Assembly (NCBI GenBank): GCA_964016885.1
Contig: OZ024751.1
Coordinates: 35,898,001 to 35,962,000, forward strand
Direction: 5' to 3'
Origin: Eledone cirrhosa
Lineage: Eukaryota
DNA: 64,000 nucleotides
Below the pieces are notes generated by a model. It saw nothing but the letters and a program-made list of their open reading frames with translations, was not told where the DNA came from and searched no databases. A program made the position numbers and the translations under genes. This document shows, piece by piece, positions 44,829 through 59,176 of the stretch; position 1 is the stretch's first letter, and each line of letters begins with the position of its first letter.

Positions 44829-45724
44829 ATATATGTGCATATATATATATGAGTGTATATCTATATATATATATCTGTGGGCAGAATATCTAGTCTCAGA
44901 TTGAGAATAGAATAAACTAAAATAAAACGCTGAAGTCCCAACAAACTACAAGATACTTTACTTTGCTAATACACACTCTACAAGATGTATCTACATTTTA
45001 TTGATCAGATGTCTACACATACAAATGTATATACATTCTCTCACTTTAAACTAGATATACCATAACTATATCCATAAACCAATATGTATGAAAATAATAA
45101 CAAATAAAATTTTGAATATTAACACACACTATTGAAATTTGTGAAAATACACTGTATTTTATTTAGTTTTACTTTATTTTGATTTATTATATATATATGT
45201 GTATTTTATTTATTTATTATATATGTATATGCATTTTATTTACTTATTATATATATATATATATGTATTTTATTTTAATTTATTATATATATATATGTAT
45301 TTTATTTATTTATCTATTTCTTTTAGTTTATTTCATTTCATTTTCATCTTTTCGATAAAATATATTCATTCCTATCACGTACACCCGATTGAAGGAGCTG
45401 TCACTTCTGACTAAAACAATTCTGTATATGAAACTAAATATATTCCAACAGAATCTTCTGTATATTACCAACAATACGTTTCTATGCGTAACGGGCCCTA
45501 GCAACACATTTTCTATGTTAATTCGCGCGATAATATTCAAAATATAGAATTCCAACTAAATAACTGAAATAATAAAATGGTAAATAGTTTGTAAGGTAGA
45601 TAGAACGTGGCAGTGTATAGACCACTCTTTCGTGTATCAAGACATAGAAAAAGTACATGATAAATAATAAAAAATATATTTAGACCCAACACATGACACG
45701 ACGAAGATATCGCATACATTATCA

Positions 45725-45901
45725 TTGACAGTATCGGTAGAGGGTTGGACGCCATGCTTTCTAGCATAGTTACGTCCCTTTACGGTCTGAGTTCAATTCC
45801 CGTCCAGGTTAACTTTGCCTTTCATCCTTACGGGATCAATAAAATAAAGTACCAGTAATGTACTGGGAAATTGCTGGCCTTGTGCCAAAAGTAGAAACAA
45901 T
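45725..45901 (+). mobile_element. SINE
   Basis: Same family. Confidence 0.85.
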
Positions 45902-46039
45902 TAGCATAAGGGATATAGATAGTTAGATAGATAGATCGATAGATAGAGAGAGAGAGAGATATAGAGAGATAGATAGAGAGAGAGAGAGGGAGGGAGGATA
46001 TGTGGGCGTTATATTTAGCAAGTCAAGTCAAACGAGCAT

Positions 46040-46285
46040 ATATATAGTTAGAATGTCTAAGGTCAGAATTGCTGGACATATTTTTACGGGCAAAACTAAC
46101 CGGCAGCCTACCCAGGGGTAGACCGCGAACAAAGTAGTTGGATAACATACATGGGGTCAGCTGGTCCCCCTTAGGGAGCCATCCGGATCAGTTGGAGACG
46201 GTTGTTTCTGACAGGAGCCGCTGGAAGAAGGGTTTCAGGGCATTGCCCCCACGACCCTCCCAGGAATAAGTGGGCGAAGAAGAAC
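46040..46285 (+). mobile_element. RTE (Expander/REX3-like) LINE 3' fragment
   Basis: Degenerate translation ..GSLPRGRPRTK*LDNIHGVSWSPLG..QLETVVSDRSRWKKGFRALPPRP..*, then a GAA tail. Confidence 0.65.
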
Positions 46286-46329
46286 ATGTCAAGCAACCAC
46301 ACATATACACACACGTTGGCTCTTTGTAA

Positions 46330-46725
46330 TATAGTCAATAATATGTCTATATAGTTATATACATCAATAATATGTCTATATAGTTATATAGTCAATAATA
46401 TGTCTATATAGATATATATGTCAATAATATGTCTATATTGTTATATATGTCAATAATATGTCTATATAATTATAGTCAATAATATGTCTATATAGATATA
46501 TATGTCAATAATATGTCTATATAGTTATATAGTCAATAATATGTCTATATAGATATATATGTCAATAATATGTCTATATAGTTATATACATCAATAATAT
46601 ATCTATATAGTTATATAGTCAATAATATAATATGCATCTATATAGTTATATATGCCAATAATATGCCTATATAGTTATATACGTGAATAATATGTCTATA
46701 TAGATATATAGTCAATAATATGTAA
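46330..46725. repeat. ~30-bp AT-rich minisatellite
   Basis: (gtcaataatatgtctatatagttatata)n, ~13 copies. Confidence 0.9.
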
Positions 46726-47023
46726 TATATGAATATTTTAATGATTTCACAATATCTCCGATTTGGAATCTCCAACTGCAACCATGGAAACAACAATGTA
46801 TTAAAATAACTAACACATTGACCAACTAACAATTAACATACCAAGTCTGTGTTAAATTTACATTTATAGCTAATAAATTCCAGTGACCACAAACAGGTTC
46901 ACACTTTGGTACATTGAGATTTATTTAAATACAATCTTATAATAACATTCTACCACCTCGGTTGTGATTTCATAGCACCAATTTCATCTATGGAAATAAC
47001 ATTGTATTAAAATAACTAACACA

Positions 47024-47193
47024 TTGGCACACGGCCAGCAATTACCCCAGTGTATTACTGGTACTTTATTTTATCGACCCCGTAAGGATGAAAGGCAAAG
47101 TTAACCTCGGCGAGATTTGAACTCAGACCATAAAGGGCTGTAACTCTTTGCTGCAAAGCATGGTGTCCGACCCCCTATCGATACTGCCAATCC
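47024..47193 (-). mobile_element. SINE flanked by 89-bp duplication
   Basis: Same family; flanks 46938-47026 and 47194-47282 are near-identical. Confidence 0.85.
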
Positions 47194-48080
47194 TATAATA
47201 ACATTCTACCACCTCCGTTGTGATTTCATAGCACCAATTTCATCTATGGAAATAACATTGTATTAAAATAACCAACACATTGTCCAACTTACCAATAATA
47301 CAACCAAATCTGTGTTAAAATTACATTTATATCTAGTAAGGTCAAGAGACCGCAAACAAACTGCTGAATCCCTTGCTCAGTTCTACCATACATAGACACA
47401 TTGCTGTATACCAAACAGTACATAATAGTTGCGTTATTGAATCACAAATTGTATCTATGGAAACAATTCTCAATTCTGAATTAAAACAAGTAAACACATT
47501 GATCGATCTACTAACAACACATTGGATTCTATGTTATGATTACATATTGTTCTATACATATTTACATTATATTTGTTGTCTTAATAACATAGAAAACTAC
47601 GACAAAAATAGAGCTGAGCTGATTGTCAAAAATAAATGTTATACAGGAACTTTTCTCTGTGTCCTACTCTTGAAATAATTTTGTCTCCATCAATTTCATA
47701 TCAATCTCGTTCTCCCGATTCCAAATACATCTTACTGCCAAATAACAAATGATAGATTTCGGAGAAAATTCCACTGAATGCGGTTGAGTAAAAATGAAAC
47801 CTCACTTGAAGCAAATAGCTGAACATTAATCAAATAATCAAAGACCAGATTGATATGATATAGTGCATACGTTTGGAAAGGAACATAATTCATGGAGAAT
47901 ATATATCTGAAGCAGCCCCGTCACTAATTTATTTGTAGTTAGTTTGGCACCATTTCAAATCCATTATTTATTGCGAGAGAAGACGTCGATTCTAACGGAG
48001 ATGGTCGACTTATCTCAACCCAAGTAGTAGTAGTAGTAGTAGTAGTAGCAGTAGTAGTAAATAAATCACGGTACTACTAT

Positions 48081-48167
<87 letters not shown>

Positions 48168-49220
48168 AAACATTAAATAAAACACCATAAACTTTCCACA
48201 ATAGCTTATATTTTCATAGACTGAAATCAACCATATGCGTACCATTCTTATTTAAAATGTGTTTATGGATGGAGGGGATTAAATTAGAATTGTTCTTCCA
48301 TCTCTCTCCGTATCTCGCTCTTTCTCTCTCTCCCTCTCGCCCTTACACACACGCACATATATATGGGTGTAGATGACTGTTTGTCTCTCACTTCCATGCA
48401 TATATATATATATATATATATATATAACGGCGCACATAAAATTATACCGGCTACCACCTGGTTTCATATCTCAACAGATATAATACATCTCTATATCTCT
48501 TCGTTTTTCTTCAGGTTTTAATTTTGGCTGACCGATTACTTATCTGTGATTCATCATTCTCTAGACAATACTTCAGTGGCCGTTGAACCCTTGGGGCTCG
48601 TTCTTGCGAATAGCCATCATCACATTGATCATAATACATTTAGATGAAGATCGGGGTCTCAGGACAGCAGATGTTTCTACTGATTTAACCCTGAGAGCGG
48701 ACGGTAGAGGGAGGACTTTCGATTTTGAGAACGTGCGAATTGAGTCGTTGTGACAACTGAACACCTCTTCCCCCGCCACCCCAAACACAACTCAACAAAA
48801 CAAAAAGAAATCAAAATAAAAAGTAAATACAAAGAATAGATTTAACAAAGAAATAGCTCATGTTTTATTCCTTAGAAATAAATCAATTGAAGTTTTCTGA
48901 GAAGTCTTACTGTTGCAGTTATCGTCATTCTGTTTTTTTTAGAGAAACATACTCACTGACAAGGAAAGGAAAGAATAGACCCCCCCCCATATATATATAT
49001 ATACACACACATATGTATACATATACACAGAGACAAAGACACACACACATACACACATATATATATACATAGGTAATAACAACATCAAACTAACAGAACG
49101 AGCCACTGAGTGAGGTAAGCGATTTTTCATCTATAAAGAAATATTGCTTCAAGGATTAACAAGGAATCTAGAAAATCGATAGACACACACACACTCACAC
49201 ACACATATATGTATATATGT

Positions 49221-49253
<33 letters not shown>

Positions 49254-49306
49254 CACACGTATGCGTATATATGTAAATATATATATATATATATATACAT
49301 ATGCAC

Positions 49307-49389
<83 letters not shown>

Positions 49390-49402
49390 CTTATATATAT
49401 AT

Positions 49403-49451
<49 letters not shown>

Positions 49452-49642
49452 TTTATATATACATATATAAATTTACATATATATATATATAGATATATAC
49501 ACGCACACATGTATAGATACATGTATACATATACACACACACATACACACACATATATATATATATATGTACATACACACACGCACACATATATGCATAT
49601 ATACATATATATATATATATACAGACACATATATATACACAA

Positions 49643-49683
<41 letters not shown>

Positions 49684-50118
49684 TAGATATACACACGTAT
49701 ATATATAGAGGAAGGATATCAAAATATCGGAATTGTTCCGTTCCACCTGATTAAACCAAACAGGTTCCATAGACGAGGCAGAACGACGTATTAGGAATTC
49801 CTTAAGCTGTATTATTTGAGATAGATTGTGTAAGGAAAGAGCTTTCTAAAGAATATAGTATTATGAAGAACAGGTTAGGTTGGTGCAGAATAAAGGGATA
49901 GTAGAGTTGAGGGGTGATGTTTGTAGCCGTGATAGAAACAAATAGATACGTGACCCTACCAAACACACACACACACACGTATATATGTATGCATATAAAT
50001 CGTGTGTCCAAACAAATATTGTTATATATATTATTTCTCGCAATATTACAACAATATGACCCTCCCCAAGTATAACAATATATATATATATATTCTTTGC
50101 TTAAACTTTAATCTGTTA

Positions 50119-50159
<41 letters not shown>

Positions 50160-50250
50160 CGATGAAATACCAATGAAGGCTGGAAGATCACTGATGAAGG
50201 ACTAAATTTATTCATATGTAACCCATTTGCAACCATGCAGCACGCCATAT

Positions 50251-50310
<60 letters not shown>

Positions 50311-50376
50311 CTCAATCTTTAGTAGGGTCTTCTGCCATGATATAACTTGGGTGTTATTTATAGACAGATGTAATTA

Positions 50377-50481
<105 letters not shown>

Positions 50482-50486
50482 TATAT

Positions 50487-50524
<38 letters not shown>

Positions 50525-50737
50525 AGAGAGAGATTGCTAGCTCTGATGCTATGCAGAAAAACAACATACAGCAAATTGATTAGAACAATAGCTAAGTATT
50601 TCAGTGTCTTGCATGTGTATGGAGTCATTATTGATTTTCGATATTATCTTTGACACTGAACCCATACGATAAGGAAGTATTGGAAGATACAAGACTGGTA
50701 GGGTTGGAAATGCAGTTCGTATTTCATGGACACGGGC

Positions 50738-50805
<68 letters not shown>

Positions 50806-50851
50806 TATTATGTATGTATGTATATATGTATATACGTGAGTATGTATATAA

Positions 50852-50906
<55 letters not shown>

Positions 50907-51751
50907 TATGGATGTATGTATGTATATATATATATACATCTTATATCGTTAGCTGTAATGAATGTGCAATTATGTACATATTTAACATTTTGTATGTGCA
51001 TAATATAGAGATAGTAGAAAGATAAACGAGGGAAATATGTCATATATTATGAATGTGTATGTGACTGTGTGTGAGAGAATAGTGTTCTCTTACCTTGTCA
51101 CAGTAAGAGACAAATGAGAGCGATATAGGTCTGGCTACATATAGCTGTCTTTTACAGGTGATGGGATTATGATAAATGCTTGTATGATAACCTACAACAT
51201 CGCTCCCTTTGGTGCTCTTACTGAAGAATCTGATGTAGAACTTGGACAACCAGCTAGATGAAACAATTAAGTAGATAACTTACATTTCCTCTACTTCAAA
51301 CCTTATTCACGTATTTCGTTTTCCTGGTTCACAATTTGCTCGCCAATTAAATTTGCTTTCTTGCAGTGAAAGTTCTATTTCTTTTGCTTTTCTCCACTTC
51401 TCCTATCTCAAAGGATGTTACACGGTTAATTACGATCTTTTTCTGTGATCTTAGGTTTATAAGTTATTTTGTATTTAATATATTTTAGACTGTCAGATGT
51501 TTGCTATGATCATGAAGTCATCCAGCATGTATTGAAAAATGAACAACGTCTCGAGAGAAGAGCAAAACTTATTATAAATGGTTATTTGGAAAGGCATGGA
51601 ACATAGAGAAACTAATTCATTCACACTTCATATATATGAAATGCATTCTATAGACAATTGACTGATTCTACGGGAATATTAAATACTTACCTCTATAATA
51701 GTAATAGTATATGTGAAGACTAAAATCCGAACAGGGCTCGATAAAGATTAT

Positions 51752-51844
<93 letters not shown>

Positions 51845-52323
51845 AAATAAACAACTCTCTAGTTAGATAGCTGAATAACAGCTTTCAGACGTCACTAAAC
51901 GTTGTTTAGCATTTCTTATGATGAATGAATAACTATAGAAGTAATATACTTTAACACATGGTGGTTTGGCATTAGTTATAGTAAATACTTAAGTTTCATG
52001 TTGTTAGTCGTTTAGAAGGCGGATTCTATTATGTTTTTGAATGCGTAGATTTCCGGAATGTTACACATTAAAAACGAATAATTGGGGTTAGCCTACAAGT
52101 AAATTACTTTCGATAATAGAATTTACCATACCGAAAGACTAACACCATGGCACTTCAGTTTGTACGATAAGGTATGCCTAATTATCACAGTTATATATAT
52201 ATATTATATATGTACGCAAATGCATAGATACATATACACACGCAAAAACATAGATAGATATACACACACATTTATATATGTATGCAAATGTATATGTATA
52301 CATATATGTAAATCTCTTGCTCT

Positions 52324-52368
<45 letters not shown>

Positions 52369-52406
52369 TATACACACACACACATATATATATATATACA
52401 CACATA

Positions 52407-52499
<93 letters not shown>

Positions 52500-53415
52500 C
52501 CACACACACTGTGTTATTTGTGCTATATTGACATATGTCTCGAAGTTGCTTTCATTAGTATCCAGCAGAGAATAAGAAAATACTTGCATTGCTTTAAATT
52601 CTTATACTTTCTTAACGAGAGTCTAGAATCTATCTAAGCATCAGTGAGGCATGGTATAGAGAAACTTTTGTATATCATGATAGTTTATATACTATTTCCC
52701 TTGTCGCTTTAGTATTCAGCATATTGCATATGGTTAATAAGAAATTTAGTAATTAGAAGAGGCAAGATTGATGGCATTATGTGATCCTTTTCATGTGGAT
52801 AGCAATTAATAAGTCTTTCCCGTTGATATATAGCTATGTTTATACCAATAATGGCAAATCTAAAGAGAACACATTTCTTTCCTTCATTTAATCAATTCAT
52901 TTGACAGAGATTGATAAATTACTGTCTAATTATACTTGCAGTCTAATTCCCACCACCCCTTCCATTATTAATACATTCTCTAGATAATCTGTGAGTCTAA
53001 CGACCATCGTCTCTATTGGCCCGTGATGGAATCTATCTCAACGAACGTGATGTGATGTTAAGGTGCAAAGCGTGGTGATGGTGGTGGTGTTGGTGATGGT
53101 GCTGGTGATGGTGGAGGATCAGAAACTTAAACGGGACTGAATGATATTCCATTACGTGATGCTGGATATTTCTTCTAGATTTGGCAGTCGGCCATCTTTC
53201 TCCCTGCAACTAGAAAACTAAACTGAGTTGCAGCATTATATATAAATATATAACGGAATTTTGATATTGCTCATTTAATTTTATTGATGACACACACACA
53301 TACACACACATTTATATGTATGTATATATAAAAATAGAAATATATACATACATATATATATATAATATTCCACAATGCTTCAACAAACTTTGACACTCTC
53401 TCATATATATATATA

Positions 53416-54141
53416 AGTTGTGAAATAGACTGGTTAGCTACGCTCGCGGCTGACACATTTCAGCTCGCTACTATATTGCTATATAAAGGATGATCGCATT
53501 TAAAGTCCGTTAAAGGTTCTTGGCACTACCATTGTTACTATCGCTTTCCTCTAGCCATGGGGCTTGGAGACATGAACCGAATGCTAGCATTCTATTTTAT
53601 ATCAATGTGAACTGCTATTTCTAATGGCCATCTTTTCACCCCTTGATAATTTGTGTGTGAGTCACGTTGGCTGAGGGCTTCTGACAGGAACGAAAAGATT
53701 GATTCTTTTTAGCTTCCCGTCCCCACGTAAAATTTGTAAATCAGTGGCTAGTTGAGAGATAGAGTCCTATCGGGTGCCAGTTGCTAATAGCTTTACCGTG
53801 TTGGTCGTCACAAACAGTCATGGCCGGCATAGACTGGTCTTAGGATTCTGTTGATCGATTGGTTATTGATTAGGCGATACCCGCTGATGAAGCCGCATAA
53901 GCCGATTGTGCATTGTTGCATAATATATGCAGACAGATGGTGCAGTACACCTTACTGCTACATTATTGCGGCAGAAACTCGAGTCCTGGACCCTTATAGG
54001 CACCCGTTTTACGTGTGTTGTGTTGAAGCAAATAGCTATGTGTTTACTCTGGGAATGTATCTTACATTGCCCATGGAGTGCGTTGAGAGAAACCGGTCCT
54101 GGCATTGATAAATATGCTGGGCCCGTCAATCCTTATTATGC
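53416..54141 (+). mobile_element. HHR element, family I (5' boundary approximate)
   Basis: HHR at 53879-53990 and ACTC-tgggaatgta..tacattgccca-tgGAGTGC hairpin (54046-54081) ~95 nt before the terminal (TA)n. Confidence 0.65.
53879..53990 (+). ncRNA. Type I hammerhead ribozyme with long stem II
   Basis: CTGATGA-a-gccgcataa..ttattgcggc-a-GAAA-CTCGAG (palindrome)-TC-ctgg; stem I imperfect. Confidence 0.7.
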
Positions 54142-54151
54142 ATATATATAT

Positions 54152-54438
54152 ATTAGAATTGGAGCTCTGAAATAGCAATATATATATGGATGTATATATA
54201 ATGTATTTTGCAATACACTTTATGCTTAATTAAAAGCATTTTGAAGACCGTAAGCTATTGCTTTAAAGTAGTGACAAATTCACTCACTTTGATCTCAGCA
54301 AACAGGGGAGATCAAAGTGAGTGAATTTGTCACTACTTTAAAACAATAGCTTACGGTCTTCAAAATGCTTTTAATTAAGCATAAAGTGTATTGCAAAATA
54401 CATTATATATACATCCATATATATATATATATTGCTAT
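54152..54438. mobile_element. Fold-back element, family F
   Basis: ~125-bp inverted arms centred near 54302; only a heavily decayed HHR-like layout (AAAA-tgctt..aagca-TA-aagtg). Confidence 0.7.
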
Positions 54439-54484
54439 GTATATATATATATATAGAGAAGTGGTTACACAACAGTTAGTTCAC

Positions 54485-54532
54485 CATACCGAGAACAATT
54501 GTTTCACCTTCGCGGATCTTCAGCTCGGGATG
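54485..54532 (-). ncRNA. Minimal type I hammerhead ribozyme
   Basis: Minus strand: catcccgag-CTGAAGA-tccgcgaaggt-GAAA-CAATTG (palindrome)-TT-ctcggtatg; ~32 nt from a (TA)n edge. Confidence 0.7.
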
Positions 54533-55074
54533 TATATGGTTATAGGAACAGGAAGGACAACCGTACGAACGCACATGCGCAGAAACTAGGTCACTTCACA
54601 CAGGCAATAGTAGACTGCGTGCGGGGAGTGTAAGGGAGATAACTGCGAAAGTCCGGAAAGTTTTTTGGTTGAAAATAAAATAAAACAATTTAAAAATGAA
54701 ATTACAAAGAATCAGTCCGGTGCCTTGTAGTTATGTAATAGATGTTTGGTGATGTGTGGACAACGTGTGAAAAATTCACTCCTCGTGTTTAGGCAATCAC
54801 TATTGCGTAATCTCTCTATATATATAGGAATATTATATGCCAGTAATTTGTGAGTGCGTTCATTTGATGAGCTATGAAGCTCCATATTATGTTGTGGATG
54901 TGGTTGAAAGGATATTCACTCATTTGCCAAACATATTAACATTATAAATGACTTTAATGAGTCGGCAGACCTGGGTCCCTACATATTCTAATTCTACTAA
55001 ACCCTCTCTCAAGTAATAATGCTGGGTGCAGTTATCACTATAGACATTATTTCTGAAATGTGGAATCGTGTCAG

Positions 55075-55480
55075 GATGGTGGTGGTGTTGTTGTTGTTGT
55101 TGTTAGTGGTGGTAGTGGTGTTGGTGGTGGTGTTGGTGGTGGTGTTGGTGGTGGTGTTGGTGGTGGTATCAGTAGTGGTGGTGTTGGTGGCGTCAGTAGT
55201 GGTGGTGTTAGTGGTGGTATTGGTGGTGGTGTTGGTGGTGGTGGTGGTGGTGTTGGTGTTGGTGGTGATGTTGGTGCTGGTAGTGGTGTTGGTGGTGTTG
55301 TTGGTGTCAGTAGTGGTGGTGTTGGTGGTATTGGTGGTAGTAGTGGTGTTGGTGGTGGTGTTGGTGGTGTCAGTAGTGGTGGTGTTGGTGGTGTTGGTGT
55401 TGGTGTTGTTGTTGGTGATGTTGCTAATTTTGGTGGTGTTGTTGTTGGTGGTGGTGGTGTTGTTGCTGTTGTTGTTGGTT
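55075..55480. repeat. (GGT/GTT)n microsatellite
   Basis: Direct reading. Confidence 0.9.
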
Positions 55481-56427
55481 AATGAAATGTTGTGGTGCAC
55501 CTTAATGACAAGGACGTGTTTATTTGAAACTTCTGCGAAAACTGCAAAGGCAACACGAAAGCTTCAGATATGACGGCATTTACTTTTCATTATACAACTA
55601 CTGAATTTATAATAGGATATATATATACATCACCATATCGACATATTTATACAAAACAGCAAAATATATGCATTTCTATATGGATGTATGTATACATAAT
55701 AAAATAATATATGGATGATATATAATGATATGGATGCACGTATTAATATGAGAATAATATATCGTTAGTTATAAATAAGAACGTATAAAAACTAGAACGA
55801 ATCTTGTAATGTAGCATGTAATTTAATAATGAGAGTGTGTTAACTTTATGATACGCTATGTTTAGTTACTTCTCATTGAAGACGACATAATATCAGATTT
55901 AAATCCAAGACTCAAGTCTCGGGGCTCAATTACAGATCATCAGATGATATGATACGATTTTGATAGACAAAGAATCAAAAAATTAGCATAGCCATTCGAT
56001 AGTAACAACAAAATTCATCCACAGTTTTATAAAGTATTTATGTTAATAATGATTCTTTCATTATGTAAATATTCTTCAGATATGCAGATTCTTATGCAAA
56101 GGCTACTTGTAGATATATCGTTATTCCATAACTTAGTAGAACCACTTCTTCATCTTTATTAAGATACCAATACTCCGTTAGGTATTAGTCTCTGTGAAAC
56201 CAAACCATACTTTCATAGGTTTAACTAACGTGGAGTAGTTAAAGCAGTATATATGTATATATAATCAAGTATATAGATGGAAAATTAGTTTTTAAATCAT
56301 TTTTAATTATTTACACATTTTTCAAGAGAAACTCTTTACCAACTATATACTGTCATATATAATTCTCTACATATATTTGAACTTTATATATATATATATA
56401 TATTTATCTTTGATATACACACACGTG

Positions 56428-56544
<117 letters not shown>

Positions 56545-57102
56545 ATACGAGTATGTATGTGTTCATGGGTGGTGTTTGAGTCCAATTAATTCTCACGGGA
56601 AGACAGTATGCTGGGGAAGAAGCATGCCATCTTCCTTTCTCAAGTCCTCGTGGTGGTGTCACTACTTTCCTGGTGAGGCCACAGTAACTGGTATTTGAAC
56701 TCACCACACAACAAAACCTGCAGAGTAGCCCACCCAACACTTTAAACTATTCAATATTCTCTCCCTTCACTGGGGCTTTATTTCCTTCCCATTCAGTCTA
56801 AAACCTGATTAAAAGCAACGTTAACCTCGGTGGGATTTGAAATTGAGAACACAGGATTGGAAGAAATACGAAGGTAATTAAGCCAACGCTGGGAACGACT
56901 CTTCCAATCCACCGATCTACAGATATTCAAATATCGATATTCTAATATTAAACAATGATTTACAAAAGACGGGTTTATGCTGCATATTTCATGCTAGTTA
57001 ATCGATATTAATTACTGGCTAATTAGAATTCTTTGTTTAGCAGAAGAAGGGAGACATTAAATGTGAAAGTGTAAGCACCATATGTCACTATATTATTCAT
57101 TC

Positions 57103-57138
<36 letters not shown>

Positions 57139-58869
57139 ATTCTATTTACCATTAATTTGTCGTTATCGTCTCTTTGCCTATCTTTAGATTTTATAGAATC
57201 CTAACAATAACAATAGACTGAACAGCAGCAGCAGAATTTGGTAATGTTCAGTAGTGGAATGTAGAGTTACTCTATGACTTATAAAATTATTCTTTGTTTC
57301 ATATGAATCGCTTCTATACGAAATCGTAATGTGAATTACCATCTTACATCCTTAAATAAAGAGTAATTTTTCAATCTTTTAAATCAGACTATATCCTCCA
57401 TCTCTCTGTCTATCTATCCACATATTGAAGAAACTGCCACAAAAAGATCCACATAATGAAGTTAAAGTTTGCCATGGTGTCCGTCGAGACTGGCCCCCGA
57501 TTCTACAAAGAAAATGACCTTAAAACGCTTGTGTTTCTATAATAAAAATAATTTCATCCTTCATATATTTCTTTGAGTTGAAATCTAATATTAGGAAGAA
57601 GGACAAGCGTCCGTAAAAAAATATATCTAAGTTTAATTTATAGAAATGTCTGTTCCTGTCTTTACCATTTATAGTTCCATTTATTATCAAAAACATGTCT
57701 TAAAAACTCAAAGGATATTGAATCAAAATTGCTTTTAATTTCCTATTTTTTATTTGGGACAAAGAATCGATTGAAGACAGAACTCTTTTCTTGGACAGTT
57801 CTGTTCACCAGTTTTACACGTCATAAATAGATTTATACTGAATAATTGCTTTAATTACAGTTCCATAAAATGGTATTTTTTAGTCTTTCTCTTCTGTAGT
57901 CAGACATTCTTAAAATAATATTGTCGTTTATTTTTATTGGAATGTGTGAAGTACACAAAAAATAAGCTTTAACTGTGCATGTAGTTTGAAAGACCCCAAA
58001 TTGGTTAGTGGGTAACATATCAGATAAATAAACCTATTGTAGAGCATTGTCGCAAGCTTGTAAAAGCGAACTGTTGTCGGAAGGGACTTCACTGCAGACC
58101 GATTATTTAACTGGTCGGCAGCGAAGCGTCTTTCGGTTAAGTGGCTACCGAGACATGGACTTTAAGGGTCAAATTATCAAATAACAACAGTGATTTAACT
58201 AATTATATAGATCGATAACATCGAAGATATCTTTAAAATCCAAGCTGAAATTCGACCACGTTGCAAAATTTACTATCTCATGAAAAAGAATGATTTCTGT
58301 AGTTGCACTTTAAATTCAATTGGTTGCTATTTTTTCACATATTTGTGCTGATAGATATTCAAATTCTTTCAGCTAATTTTCAATGTTTGTCCGCATATTT
58401 AATTTAATAATATATTTGAATGCTCTTATTTTGTAGTAATTATCTTCACTAAATTAGCTTTTGCTTGAAGTAAAAATTGGCACAAACCTCGTCCTAAAAT
58501 AGTTCGTATCTAATGACCTTCGTTTGTTTCACTGTATATTATTAATAATTTGCATATTTAAGATAAACACAAATGAGACATTTCGTTATTTCGTTATATT
58601 TTGCCAATTTACAAACTTTTAGAAATAATTGTTTTAAAACAATCACATTTAAAAGTGATTATGAGAAAAATATTCAAATAACCAGAAATAATTATATAAA
58701 TACTAAATAGCACCACGTATAAGTTTCCCTATATTTAGATTTTTAAAATTCGAAAAATTTGGCTTGCAGTTTTTTAATTTAGCGTTTTAAGCACTGAGGA
58801 ATCAGTTTAAATATTTAGGGTAGGTTCTAGTACTGTGTTATTGTGGTAATGAGTAATGTACACACTTAA

Positions 58870-58914
<45 letters not shown>

Positions 58915-58916
<2 letters not shown>

Positions 58917-59110
58917 AACAAGTAAGACCCCGACGGCTGAGCTCAAGCCGTTTCGACGGCTAATTCTGGACAGAGTCCAGAATTAGCCGTCGAAACGGCT
59001 TGAGCTCAGCCGTCGGGGTCTTACTTGTTCCTATTACCCACTTTACTACCCTAAGTATTGAGTACTTTGGTGCGTTATGGTCCACCTGGTTCCTTACCAC
59101 ATTTCCTTCG

Positions 59111-59112
<2 letters not shown>
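58915..59112 (+). mobile_element. Fold-back element, family A, copy 4 (longest hairpin)
   Basis: Perfect ~56-bp arms with loop cagag; GAAA-cggct tgagctc agccg-TC-ggggtc (3' half of an HHR); tail; (TA)n flanks. Confidence 0.9.

Positions 59113-59176
<64 letters not shown>

Noticed and set aside
48514-48790. Exon-like unique sequence
   Set aside because: Plausible splice signals and short frames on both strands; no recognisable protein, so unresolved.
50158-50256. CTGATGA in a short inter-(TA)n insert
   Set aside because: No downstream GAAA or stems; at most a fragment.
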